The notes below the pieces were generated by a model. The model was not told the DNA's origin. It did no database searches and was given only the letters and a program-made list of their open reading frames with translations. From a virus, in the IMG/VR virus record IMGVR_UViG_3300048999_000173, positions 19,577 through 83,576 of that record: a stretch of DNA of 64,000 nucleotides, one strand, 5' to 3'. Shown here piece after piece: positions 39,897 to 49,203 of this stretch (its first letter is position 1; the number at the start of each line of letters is the position of its first letter). The position numbers and the translations under genes are program-made.

Positions 39897-40418
39897 TTAC
39901 TTCTTGGGAGCCCGCCTCTTTGGACGCGGGGTGCTCAGCAAGTCGGCCAGGTGGTGTGCAGAGTCGGAGGCGTCGTTGATTCCCTGCGGGTCGACAGGAC
40001 CGGTTTTCTCCGTACGGTCGATGGCGGTGAAGAACGTCTGAACGAGGTCGTCAGGCATCCGGTACCCAACCACCTTGCCGAACCCCGGCCCCTGCGCCTC
40101 GATGGGGGCGGGCATGTTCTCCGGCCACAGGCCGCGCATGAACCCGCGCTGGAGTGCCCGGCTCAACGCTGCACTGTGGCCGCGAAGGCTGGAGTTCTCG
40201 TCGTTGCGCAGTTCCTCAGCAGGAACGTAGCCGTCGCGGATCACGGCCTCCCTGACGATGCGGCGCGCACGGGCAGGGAGGGATCGGTAGTAGTCCTCGG
40301 CTCGCTCCACGGTCCACGCGGTGTCCATCTCGACGTCGGCCGTGTGTTCGGCCAGGAGGGCGAGCAGCTTGGCCTGGAAGTCTCCGGTGGGTTGGTCGAT
40401 GGTGACGGTGATTCGCAT
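39897..40418 (-). CDS. hypothetical protein, possible winged-helix DNA binder
   Basis: GGAG RBS, 173 aa, AT-richer upstream region. Confidence 0.65.
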   Translation of the reverse strand: MRITVTIDQPTGDFQAKLLALLAEHTADVEMDTAWTVERAEDYYRSLPARARRIVREAVIRDGYVPAEELRNDENSSLRGHSAALSRALQRGFMRGLWPENMPAPIEAQGPGFGKVVGYRMPDDLVQTFFTAIDRTEKTGPVDPQGINDASDSAHHLADLLSTPRPKRRAPKK

Positions 40419-40589
40419 ACGGCTCTCCGTAGCAACAGACGTGAATAGATGTGTAACTTACGAGTAGAGCGTCCTGTAGTCCGTCTCGTTAGTCAACCGT
40501 CTATCCACTTCTATCGCATGACGGGGGATCACCTGCTCTGGTTTTGGATAAGCTCACATATGGCTTGTGATCACCGGTAGAATTTGACC

Positions 40590-40997
40590 ATGACTCAGAC
40601 CGCCGACGACCTGGTGCAGTTTCTGCATGTCCGACTCGAAGAAGAAGAGCAACTCGCGCAGGCGGCAACGCCGGGCCCGTGGAAGCAGAACGGCATCGGC
40701 GAATACGGATGGACGGTCAGCTTCAGTCGACCGGGCTCCGGGGTAGAGACCGAGGACAGCGGCCAGGGGCGCGCCGACGCCGACTACATCGCCGCGCACG
40801 CCCCCGAGCGCGCCCTGCGGGAGATCGCCTTCAAGATGAGCCTCCTGACCGAGTACACCAAGGAGGAGTGGGTGATGAAGCAGGGGCACCGCAGCGGATG
40901 GACTGAGGGCGGCCAGTCCGTACGCGACCTCCTCATCAAGGAGTGGGCCTCCGCCTACGACGCCCACCCCGAGTACCGCCAGGAGTGGCGGCCGTGA
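40590..40997 (+). CDS. DUF6221-like protein
   Basis: LVQFLHVRLEEEE, ATPGPW, YIAAHAPERALRE, YDAHPEYRQEWRP. Confidence 0.8.
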   Translation: MTQTADDLVQFLHVRLEEEEQLAQAATPGPWKQNGIGEYGWTVSFSRPGSGVETEDSGQGRADADYIAAHAPERALREIAFKMSLLTEYTKEEWVMKQGHRSGWTEGGQSVRDLLIKEWASAYDAHPEYRQEWRP

Positions 40998-42025
40998 GCG
41001 CTGACAACCTGCCCGCCAGACCCGCCGAACGCCCGCTCCTGCCCGCAGAGTTCGACGACGAGCTGCGCGCGCGCCTCGCCGCCCTCGACTCCGCCTCCGA
41101 CGAACACGCCGCCGACCAACGCCCCGACAACACCACCCGCGCCTACGCCGGAGACTGGAAGACCTGGGAAGCCTTCTGCACCCAACTCCAGATCCCCCCA
41201 ACGGCTGCCACCCGCGGCACGCTGCGCGCGTTCGTCGACTACCTGTGGAACCGGGAGAAGCGCGCCTACACCACCATCGACCGCAAACTCGCCGGGCTCG
41301 TCGTCACCCTCCGGCGGCCGCCGTACAACGTCCTCGTCGACCCCGACGCCACCCGCGCCGCCCGGGAACTGCTGAAGGACTACCGCAAGAAGGCCGACGC
41401 GGCAGAGGAGCCCGCGCGCGGCCGCGGCAAAGCCCCCGCCATGCGCCTGGTCGACCTGAGGCTCATCGTCTCCAAGTGCGACACCGACATCTTCGGCCTC
41501 CGCGACCGCGCGATGATCCTGCTCGGGTTCTCCATCGCCGCACGCCGCGCCGAGTTGGCCGGGCTCCGGCTGCGGAACATCCGCGACGACGACAACGGCC
41601 TCCTGGTCGACGTCCGCGTCTCCAAGACCGAACCCCGCACGGTGGCTGTGCCGTACGGGCAGCATGCGGCCACCTGCCCCGTGAAGGCGTGGCAGGCCTG
41701 GCGAGACGCCGCGCAGATCGCCGACCCGGACCGGCACGCCTTCCGCCGTATCCACCACACCGGCTCCGTACAGCCCCAGGGTCTCACCCCGCAGCGCGCC
41801 GGCGACCTCATCACCGCCGCCGGGCTGCGCGCAGGGTTCGAGGAACTCTTCACAGGGCACTCCGTGCGCTCCGGCATGGCCACCGAGGCACGCCGTGCAG
41901 GGAAGGACCGCAAGGCCATCGCCGCGGTCACCGGGCACGCGGACGGCTCCAAGGTCCTGGACGGCTACATGCGGATCGTCGACCAGTGGAGCGAGCAGGA
42001 CAACGCCCTCATCGGTCTCATGTAG
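40994..42025 (+). CDS. tyrosine recombinase (Cre-like resolvase)
   Basis: NTTRAY, RDRAMILLGFSIAARRAEL, SKT, GHSVRSG, TGH, GYMR: intact R-K-H-R-H-Y. Confidence 0.9.
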   Translation: MSADNLPARPAERPLLPAEFDDELRARLAALDSASDEHAADQRPDNTTRAYAGDWKTWEAFCTQLQIPPTAATRGTLRAFVDYLWNREKRAYTTIDRKLAGLVVTLRRPPYNVLVDPDATRAARELLKDYRKKADAAEEPARGRGKAPAMRLVDLRLIVSKCDTDIFGLRDRAMILLGFSIAARRAELAGLRLRNIRDDDNGLLVDVRVSKTEPRTVAVPYGQHAATCPVKAWQAWRDAAQIADPDRHAFRRIHHTGSVQPQGLTPQRAGDLITAAGLRAGFEELFTGHSVRSGMATEARRAGKDRKAIAAVTGHADGSKVLDGYMRIVDQWSEQDNALIGLM

Positions 42026-42974
42026 CAGGCGCTGCCTCACCGTTGGCGGCTTGCCTGGCCCGGCGCTGCGCCCGCACCCCGGTACCCGGCTTGTCCTGGG
42101 CGTCCCAGTCCGGCTCCGGTCCTGGGTCCTTCGTCGCGACCTTCGTGACGGTCAGGCCGACCGCGCAGCCGCGGGTGTGCTGGCTGGTGTCGCACGTCAG
42201 CAGCCGCACCCGACTCCCGGAAAGGGCCTGGATCGCGACGGCCCGGTCAATGACCTCGTCGTCGGCAAGGGGGAGGCGGATGTGGCCGGGCTGGTCCAGG
42301 ACGATCTCCATGCTGAGCTGGCCCCGCCACAGGGCAGGCTCGCCGTCCATGTCCGCGTACCGCAGGACCCCAGACGTCTTCCCGTTGAGAGTGCCGTCCA
42401 GAAGACCCAGCGTGTGGCCCGCACGCCAGCGGGACCGCTGCTTACCCGCCTCCTTCATCCCGTCAAGCTCGTCGACGACCACGATGGGGAACACCAGACG
42501 GATGTGCTCGGCCGGCGGCAGGCTGAGGATCTGGTGCAGGTCGGCGTCGGCCAGCATGGCGGGGTTCTGAACGTAGAAGCTGGAGTCCGCTACGACCAGC
42601 CACTCCCTCCCGTCCCACCGCGTCGACTGCTCCCTCAGGAAAGTGACCGCCGCGGACAGGGCACCGACCCGGTCCTCCAGTTCCTGGCTGACGAGCAGGT
42701 TCACCAGCCGCTGCTGCGAGGAGCCGGCCAGATGCCCGACGCCGTCCAGGAGTGTGTCATGACGCCTGGTCAGCACCAGGGTGGTCAGATCCTCCTGGCT
42801 GACCATGTTCCGCAACCGCCTCGTGGACAGCTGCGCCCACTCCAGGTAGTTCAGCAGACGGTCGTACGCAGTCCCAGAGCCGCCGCCCTGAGCGTTCATC
42901 GCTTCCGAGTGCACGGTCTGAAGAACCTGGAGGAGGTCGTCCCTGTTGATCCCTGGACGGGGCGTGATGAGCAT
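42018..42974 (-). CDS. PIN-domain protein
   Basis: VVADSS, PIVVVDELD, DDEVID, LLTCDT acidic tetrad. Confidence 0.8.
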   Translation of the reverse strand: MLITPRPGINRDDLLQVLQTVHSEAMNAQGGGSGTAYDRLLNYLEWAQLSTRRLRNMVSQEDLTTLVLTRRHDTLLDGVGHLAGSSQQRLVNLLVSQELEDRVGALSAAVTFLREQSTRWDGREWLVVADSSFYVQNPAMLADADLHQILSLPPAEHIRLVFPIVVVDELDGMKEAGKQRSRWRAGHTLGLLDGTLNGKTSGVLRYADMDGEPALWRGQLSMEIVLDQPGHIRLPLADDEVIDRAVAIQALSGSRVRLLTCDTSQHTRGCAVGLTVTKVATKDPGPEPDWDAQDKPGTGVRAQRRARQAANGEAAPAT

Positions 42975-43018
42975 GGGCTGATCCTGCCAGGCAGCGCTGA
43001 CAGAGGAACCCGACTTAC

Positions 43019-43867
43019 TCAGCTCATCCCGACCGGCGGGGTGTCCCAGAACCCGGTGTGAGCGACGGCGTCGGCCGTGACGTGGCCGAGCATGGGGTCG
43101 GCGGAACAGATGGACCCGATCAGCTTGTTCGGGTACTCCGCGGTGATGGGCCGCCCGCCCTGGCCCAGGACCAGCGCGTGGACCCCCTCCGCAGGGCGGA
43201 CCCGGTGGGGAAGGTAGGCGTTGACCGCGCTGGCAGTGACCCTGTTCAGGACGTGCTTCGGGCCTACCGACTCGAATGCGTAGTCGGGCGCCCGGACTTC
43301 GTAGCCGCCGTTGTCCAGCGGGTACAGGTGGCGGATGTCGACGCGGGTGACTTCCGCCGGTCGCAGGCCTTCGAGGAGGAGGAAGGCGACGACCCGGTCG
43401 CGCAGGTAGTGGCGGGCGGGCGGCCCCCACTGGCCGATGCACACCAGCAGCGCGGAGCGTTCCTCCGGGGTGAGGCGGCGCGGGTTGCCGGCGGCCCGGT
43501 CCAGGCCGGAGCGCAGCATCGTCAGGTCGGGGATGAGGCGGATCTGCCCGCGGTCGCGGCATGCCTTGTTGAACTGGTTGACGGCGGTGACCCGGCGGTC
43601 GTGGGTGAGGGCGGCGTCGGGGTGGTGTTCGGCGACGTGCGCGAGCGCGGCGGGGTCGTTGAAGAGGCGGCCCTCGAGCTGCTCGGTGAGGAAGGTGCCG
43701 CACCAGGCGGCGACGTGCTCAATTCCGCAGTCGTAGGGGTCGACGGGGGGATGCTGCCGGGTGCACCAGGACAGCCACCGGCTGATCTCACGCCGGTACT
43801 CGACCTGGCTGGAGGGGCGCAGGGTGCCGTCGGTGAGCCAGTCGTCCAGGAGCGCGTGGGGGTCCAT
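43019..43867 (-). CDS. XerD-like tyrosine recombinase homologue, apparently catalytically incomplete
   Basis: LRPSSQVEY core-binding domain, RDRVVAFLLLEGLRPAEV; HxxR replaced by DAVA; ends before the Tyr. Confidence 0.7.
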   Translation of the reverse strand: MDPHALLDDWLTDGTLRPSSQVEYRREISRWLSWCTRQHPPVDPYDCGIEHVAAWCGTFLTEQLEGRLFNDPAALAHVAEHHPDAALTHDRRVTAVNQFNKACRDRGQIRLIPDLTMLRSGLDRAAGNPRRLTPEERSALLVCIGQWGPPARHYLRDRVVAFLLLEGLRPAEVTRVDIRHLYPLDNGGYEVRAPDYAFESVGPKHVLNRVTASAVNAYLPHRVRPAEGVHALVLGQGGRPITAEYPNKLIGSICSADPMLGHVTADAVAHTGFWDTPPVGMS

Positions 43868-43906
43868 GGGCCCTCAGTATGCCGCCACTCCACACAAGAT
43901 CAAGGA

Positions 43907-44027
43907 TTTACGTAAAACTTCGGAGCCCCCACCCACTAGGAGAGGGGCGCGGGGGCGAGACGCGGGGTTCCGGCGTCGTGCACCACAAACAGCTCCTGGG
44001 CTGAGGCGTCCCGAAGTTTTACGCAAA
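43907..44027. promoter_or_regulatory. 17-bp inverted repeat pair, candidate recombinase binding/resolution site
   Basis: TTTACGTAAAACTTCGG (43907-43923) and CCGAAGTTTTACGCAAA (44011-44027). Confidence 0.6.
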
Positions 44028-44143
44028 GATCATGACGATGCGGGGGACGGCCCTCTCGGGCCCCTCCCTCAGGTCGTGCGATCACGCTATGACGGAACCG
44101 GCGGTTTGTCTGAGCCGCCTTCCCCCTGCATCCCTCCGCCGGG

Positions 44144-44485
44144 TCAGTCCATCCCCGGGTAGCACATCGCGTGGTCCTCGCCCGGCTGCTTCTCCCGGCC
44201 GCACCAGCAGATGTCCCGCTCCGGCCGTGCGCTCCCCTGACGGGCGCGGGCCTCCTGAACGGCATCCTCGACACCGTTCTCGTAGAAGCGGTTGAAGACC
44301 CCGCCGGCCAGGCCCTCGTAGAGGGCGCCGACGAGCACACTGCCGCCCGCGAGGATCTTCTCCTCCTGATTGCCCTTCATCCGACCCAGCAGTGCGGCCA
44401 GGAACACGGACTCGTCATGGGACAGCTCCACCGTAATGCTCTCGGGCATCGCCTCGTCATCAAGGTCGATCCGCTTCACCTTCAC
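44144..44485 (-). CDS. hypothetical protein
   Basis: AGGAGG RBS; C-terminal CWCG...HAMC. Confidence 0.7.
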   Translation of the reverse strand: MKVKRIDLDDEAMPESITVELSHDESVFLAALLGRMKGNQEEKILAGGSVLVGALYEGLAGGVFNRFYENGVEDAVQEARARQGSARPERDICWCGREKQPGEDHAMCYPGMD

Positions 44486-44618
44486 GTACTACCTCCTGAG
44501 CTGGGATGTTGAACTGGCCTTGATCAGTGGCGTCTCGGTCGGCTACGCTGCGCGTGCGCGTTCAGTATGTGAGGCCACCAACTCCGTTTCGGAGTGGTGG
44601 CCTTCGACGTTCCCCGGG

Positions 44619-44894
44619 TCAGACGGCGCGGTGCTCGACAGCGGCCACGCGGACCTGTTCCACGGTCGGGATGGTACTGAGGTACCCGTTCGGGGCGATC
44701 GCGGCGACGATCTGCTTGGACAGGGCAGGGCAACTGGTTGGCCTCCATGCGGATGCGCCGGGCCCGTCCAGGACTCGGCTGATAAGGCCGGACAGGGTTA
44801 CGAAGCTGATTCTGGTCGGGTGCTGTTCCATCTGGTCAGCAAGCTCGTCCAGGGCGTCGGCCAGGGTCGCGGGAGGTGTGTGGGAGGTCTGCAT
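44619..44894 (-). CDS. hypothetical protein
   Basis: MQTSHT..., AAGGA RBS. Confidence 0.55.
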   Translation of the reverse strand: MQTSHTPPATLADALDELADQMEQHPTRISFVTLSGLISRVLDGPGASAWRPTSCPALSKQIVAAIAPNGYLSTIPTVEQVRVAAVEHRAV

Positions 44895-44902
44895 CGGCTT
44901 CC

Positions 44903-45349
44903 TTACGCGGCGAGGCCGGTGTTGGTCTGGGTGAGGCGTACGCGGGGACGGTAGTCGGCGTCGTCCTTGTCGCGGGCCAACTCGTAGCGGATGAGGGCCT
45001 GTGCGTCGTCGGCGGGGGCGGGCTCGGGGGTCTCGTAGGTGGTGTTCTCCGGCATGGTGAGCACGTAGGCGGTGCGGTGGACGGTGTAGGCGAGGACGCC
45101 GGACAGCAGGAATTCGCGGCGTTCGCCGCGGAGTCGGCACATGGCGGTGATGACGATGCCGCCGCCGCTGATGCCCTTCTTGGTGACCTTGAGGCTGGCG
45201 GTGCGCAGGCTGTCGATTTCGATGGTCCGCACGGTGGGTTCGGTCTCGCCGGGCTTGAGGTAGGTGATGGTGACGGCCCGGCGGTGGTCGGTGGCGCGGT
45301 AGAGGTCGGCCAGCGTGCGGGTCTGCGTCTGGTTCTTGGTGATCCGCAT
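44903..45349 (-). CDS. stand-alone WYL-domain protein
   Basis: AVTITY...VRTIE...AMCRLRGERREFLLSGV. Confidence 0.8.
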   Translation of the reverse strand: MRITKNQTQTRTLADLYRATDHRRAVTITYLKPGETEPTVRTIEIDSLRTASLKVTKKGISGGGIVITAMCRLRGERREFLLSGVLAYTVHRTAYVLTMPENTTYETPEPAPADDAQALIRYELARDKDDADYRPRVRLTQTNTGLAA

Positions 45350-45369
45350 CTGGGGTTCCCCTCGCTGTG

Positions 45370-45490
45370 GTGTTGCCACCACATTACCCATACTCCATTG
45401 CGCAGACAAGGGGTTTGTGCGTACTGTTGTGGCAACACACCGCACGCCACCCCCATGGCGGGCGCAATGAGATAGGGAGGACACTGGGTT
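45370..45490. promoter_or_regulatory. divergent promoter region with operator-like sites
   Basis: IR GTGTTGCCAC/GTGGCAACAC; two ATTGCG-N2-CGCAAT-like sites. Confidence 0.55.
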
Positions 45491-45557
45491 GGTTAACGCC
45501 CCCACGCACCCGCCGAACCGGTCCAACCCCGGCGGGAGCCCGCCGAAAGGACCGCGC

Positions 45558-46142
45558 ATGCCGCGCAGCCGCCGACTGACCCCCGACGTGATCCGTGCCC
45601 GCCTGACCGTGGCCGCCGACCGCCTGCGTGACGGCGGTGACAAGGACCTCGCCGAGGCCGTCGACGCTGTCCTCGCCCCCCGCGGCTGGGAGCTGCTGAA
45701 GAAGCCGGCCTCCCGTGCGAACACCGAGCCGAACATGGCCCTGTTCATGAACAAGGCCATCAAGACCGTCCTGGAGGCGAAGGCGCGTGCGGAGGCCGCC
45801 GAGGAGGCGGAGCGTACGGGCGGGAAGCCGAAGGCCGCTGCGACCGTGCTCGCGGCGGTCGTGAACCAGGGCTTCGAGGCGTTCCTCGCCGGGGAGTTCG
45901 TGCCGGCGAAGCCGGTGCGGTCCGTGCGGGGGACGTCGGTGGAGAAGTCCAACCTGAACATCGGCCCGTCCAAGGCCCTCCGCGACAAGGTGGAGAAGCT
46001 GTGCCCGGCCCTGTCCGCGGAGCTGGACTGGGAGGTGACGCCGGGCCGGGTCGCGATGGCGTGGCTGTACTCGGAGTACGGCATCACGGATGACGACCAG
46101 CGTGGTGTGACCGTGCCGGTCGTCGACGACCTGGCGGAGTAG
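45558..46142 (+). CDS. hypothetical protein, possible RHH-type regulator
   Basis: GAAAGGA RBS; two beta-helix-helix-like segments (NMALFMNKAIK, NLNIGPSKALR). Confidence 0.65.
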   Translation: MPRSRRLTPDVIRARLTVAADRLRDGGDKDLAEAVDAVLAPRGWELLKKPASRANTEPNMALFMNKAIKTVLEAKARAEAAEEAERTGGKPKAAATVLAAVVNQGFEAFLAGEFVPAKPVRSVRGTSVEKSNLNIGPSKALRDKVEKLCPALSAELDWEVTPGRVAMAWLYSEYGITDDDQRGVTVPVVDDLAE

Positions 46143-46233
46143 CCGCCCGGGCGCCGGGTGTGGTCTGGACGCCGACAACCAGACCGCACCCGGCCCCCCA
46201 CCCGTACGACGTAACAACCTCACAGGAGACCTC

Positions 46234-47100
46234 ATGGCATCCGCCATCGAGGCCCCCGCCAGCAACACGGCGGAGGGCCCCACTCAGCACACCCAAAACC
46301 AGGCCGCCCGGCCCGCGAATACTTTCGGATACACGCGCCAGGAGCAGATCGAGGCGCTGCACAAGCTGCGGGAGCCGTTCGCTCCGGCGGAGATCCGGCA
46401 CCTGCCGCGCGTGTGGTGCGGAGCGTGCAAGGGCTCCCGCGGTGACGGCTGCCCGCGGCACCCGATGACGAAGTGCGGGAAGTGCAAGCAGCGGATGCCG
46501 AACGGCGGTCACATCGATCTGGCCTACGTCGGGCATGCGGAGGCGACGAACCGGCTGCTGAACGTGGATCCGTTCTGGGGTTGGGAGCCAGTCACCATGG
46601 ACGAGCGGGGTCTTCCGCAGGTCGATGGTTACCGCGGTCTGTGGATCCGGCTGACGGTGTGCGGGATGGATCGGCTCGGGTACGGGCATGCGGGCGACAA
46701 GACCGGCGGAGACGCCGTCAAAGAGCTGATCGGCGACGCGATCCGCAACGCGGGTATGCGGTTCGGGATGGCGCTGGACCTGTGGACCACGTCCGATCTG
46801 GAGATCATCGAGTCTGGCGGCGCCTCGCTGGAGCAGGACCGCCAGGAGGACAGGCAGCCTCCCGCTCCGGACCAGGGTGCGCAGCCCGACGAGGACGCCT
46901 TCCAGGAGCGCGTGCGCAACGGCTGGAACCACCTGGGTGCTACGGAGATGGCGCTCGCTGAGGCGAAGCAGAAGGGCATCAACACCGTCGTTCCCTTCGA
47001 GGGCGACCATCTGAACATCCAGGACGTGCTGGAGATCCGCATCAAGGCGTTGAAGGAGAAGGCCGCACAGGGTGGCGTCGCGGAAGGGCAGGCTGCCTGA
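46234..47100 (+). CDS. Rad52/Sak-family single-strand annealing protein with Cys-rich insert
   Basis: LAYVGHAEATNRL, RLTVCGMDRLGYG, KELIGDAIRNAGMRFGMALDLW. Confidence 0.8.
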   Translation: MASAIEAPASNTAEGPTQHTQNQAARPANTFGYTRQEQIEALHKLREPFAPAEIRHLPRVWCGACKGSRGDGCPRHPMTKCGKCKQRMPNGGHIDLAYVGHAEATNRLLNVDPFWGWEPVTMDERGLPQVDGYRGLWIRLTVCGMDRLGYGHAGDKTGGDAVKELIGDAIRNAGMRFGMALDLWTTSDLEIIESGGASLEQDRQEDRQPPAPDQGAQPDEDAFQERVRNGWNHLGATEMALAEAKQKGINTVVPFEGDHLNIQDVLEIRIKALKEKAAQGGVAEGQAA

Positions 47101-47288
47101 TGGCCGCCACCGACCGAGAGAAGGCGATACGGGCCCACGCCCACCGCCTGGCCGCCGAAGCCATTCGGGCGGCCCTGAACATGTGGGAGCTGGACCGCTA
47201 CTACCCCGACCAGGCAGATCAGGACGACCTGGAGATGGAGCTGGTGGCCATCGCCGGGCGCCTGGAGAAGCAGGCAGGTGCGCGGTGA
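47100..47288 (+). CDS. hypothetical protein
   Basis: Coupled on both sides. Confidence 0.65.
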   Translation: MAATDREKAIRAHAHRLAAEAIRAALNMWELDRYYPDQADQDDLEMELVAIAGRLEKQAGAR

Positions 47289-48481
47289 GCTACGCACTCA
47301 CGTGGGCCGGCCCGCAGAAGGGCATCGTGCTGGACCTGTTCGCGGGCCCGGGTGGATGGTCGGAGGGCATACGCCGGTTCCTGGGCCTGCGCGATGTTGG
47401 TCTGGAGTGGGACGAGGCGGCGACGCTGACCCGGGCTGCTGCCAAGCACGCGACGGTCCGCGTGGACGTCTCCTGCTTCGTACTGGGCCCGGTCGTCGGG
47501 AAGGTGTGGGGGCTGATCGCCTCGCCGCCGTGCACGAAGCTGTCTGCCGCCGGCAGCGGGATCGGGAGGAAGTACATCGGCCTCTTGGCGGACGGCATCC
47601 GGCGGATGTTCCGCGGCGATGACTGCCGTGAGGAGATCCGGGCGGCCGTCTTTCCCGGGGCTTTGGCGGAGCAGCGGAGGAAGAACGCGAAGCGTGCTGT
47701 GACGAAGCGCTGGACTGAGGAGAAGCTGGTCCAGGCGGCGCATGACGATGCGTTTGTGACGTCGCTGATGCTGGAGCCAGCCAGGTTCCTGTACGCGCTG
47801 CTGAATGCCGGTGATCCGGCGGTGCGGTTCGAGTGGGTGGCGTTCGAGCAGGTTCCGGCGGCTGAGCCGCTGTGGCAGGTGTACGCCCTCGAATTGCGTC
47901 GCCTGGGCTGGTCGGTGGCCGTTGGTGTGCTGGATCTGGCGGACTACGGCGGCGGTCAGGAGCGTCCGCGGGCGGTGCTGATCGGGTCGTCGGTGCGCCA
48001 GATCCGAATGCCGGAGAAGACCCACGGCAAGGTGTGGGGCGATGACTTGTTCGGTGGCAGCGTGCTGCCGCGGGTGACGATGGCGCAGGCGCTGGGCTGG
48101 GGGTACACGCAGCGTCCGGCGCCTACGGTCACCGGTGGCGGTACGGCCACCGGTGGCGCAGAGCCGTTCGGGAACGGGTCGCGGAAGGCGATGCGGGCGG
48201 CGATGGCTGATCCGCGGCACTGGGCGCATCACCGTCCCGCGCACACGGTGTCCGGCACAGTCGGGCATGTGGGGGGCAAGCAGGCTGGTGGTCATCTGAA
48301 CCTGGAGCCGGAGGAGGGTGCCGTTCTCCAGACCTTCCCTGCGGACCATCCGTTCCAGGGGAACAAGAACCAGAGGGCGCGGCAGATCGGCGACGCGATG
48401 CCGCCGCTTCTGGCTGCGCATGTGGTGTCCGCCGCTTCAGGGGTGCCGTTTCTGCAGGATGCCCTGACCTGGGCCGCCTGA
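47285..48481 (+). CDS. DNA (cytosine-5) methyltransferase
   Basis: LDLFAGPGG, ASPPC, EQV (ENV variant), QERPR, LQTFP, QIGDAMPP. Confidence 0.9.
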   Translation: MSYALTWAGPQKGIVLDLFAGPGGWSEGIRRFLGLRDVGLEWDEAATLTRAAAKHATVRVDVSCFVLGPVVGKVWGLIASPPCTKLSAAGSGIGRKYIGLLADGIRRMFRGDDCREEIRAAVFPGALAEQRRKNAKRAVTKRWTEEKLVQAAHDDAFVTSLMLEPARFLYALLNAGDPAVRFEWVAFEQVPAAEPLWQVYALELRRLGWSVAVGVLDLADYGGGQERPRAVLIGSSVRQIRMPEKTHGKVWGDDLFGGSVLPRVTMAQALGWGYTQRPAPTVTGGGTATGGAEPFGNGSRKAMRAAMADPRHWAHHRPAHTVSGTVGHVGGKQAGGHLNLEPEEGAVLQTFPADHPFQGNKNQRARQIGDAMPPLLAAHVVSAASGVPFLQDALTWAA

Positions 48482-48579
48482 GTTCGTCCAAGGCCGACGC
48501 TGGACTGGCCTGCAAGTCCCCGTCCCGGGGCGCCTTCACCACCATCCACATCCCGGCTGTCGCCGATCGGAGCTCCGTC

Positions 48580-48882
48580 ATGCCTGAACTGGTCCACTGG
48601 CTGTTCGCCCACCCTGTCCGCTGGCTGGTGCCGGCCGTTCTGCTCCTGTCCGTCGCTGGTACTGCGCTGGCGTTGTGGTGGGAGCAGCGCCGCCCGAGCG
48701 TCCCGGAGGGCGTCGTCCGTGCGCGGGCCGCGCGGCGCCTGTCGGTGGCGGAGCGGGAGGCCGTCGACACCGCGGTCCTGGACGTGGGTGGGCAGGCCGT
48801 GTTGGACGCGGAGGCGGATGCCGAGGATGCCGCCCGGGATCTCGTGCACCGAGCCCAGATCAACGCCTCGTACCACCCCTGA
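48580..48882 (+). CDS. small membrane protein
   Basis: N-terminal TM, GGAG RBS. Confidence 0.6.
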   Translation: MPELVHWLFAHPVRWLVPAVLLLSVAGTALALWWEQRRPSVPEGVVRARAARRLSVAEREAVDTAVLDVGGQAVLDAEADAEDAARDLVHRAQINASYHP

Positions 48883-48918
48883 CAACCCGTACGCCGTCTG
48901 GCACACCCCCGTTGGGAG

Positions 48919-49203
48919 GTGAGTGTCGTGCCAGCCCACACCGTTCTTGCCCTTGCCGCGCTCACCATCCCCGTCGTCCTGGCGGTGGTGGGGGTTGCGG
49001 CGTATCGACTACATCGTCTGCGGCGCGCTCTGGATGCGGAGCGCGCCGCGCGGCGTCTCACCGCGGGCATGCGCCTGCGCGATATCGACGCCCTGCACCA
49101 GCGCGTTGAGGGCCTCCTCCGGGACCGGGCGGTCCTTGCGGAGGCCGAACGCATTCTCGACACCGAACTTGCCGCACACCGTACGGAAGGGGGACCTCAG
49201 TGA
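48919..49203 (+). CDS. small membrane protein with coiled coil
   Basis: TM plus heptads; overlaps the whiB-like start. Confidence 0.6.
   Translation: MSVVPAHTVLALAALTIPVVLAVVGVAAYRLHRLRRALDAERAARRLTAGMRLRDIDALHQRVEGLLRDRAVLAEAERILDTELAAHRTEGGPQ

Noticed and set aside
40994-42025. Phage integrase with attP
   Set aside because: No arm-binding N-terminal domain or tRNA-like att core seen; more like a Cre-type resolvase, though integration cannot be excluded.
42975-43703. 561-aa extension fusing upstream sequence to PIN
   Set aside because: Alternative frame of the recombinase-like gene with low-complexity R/P translation.
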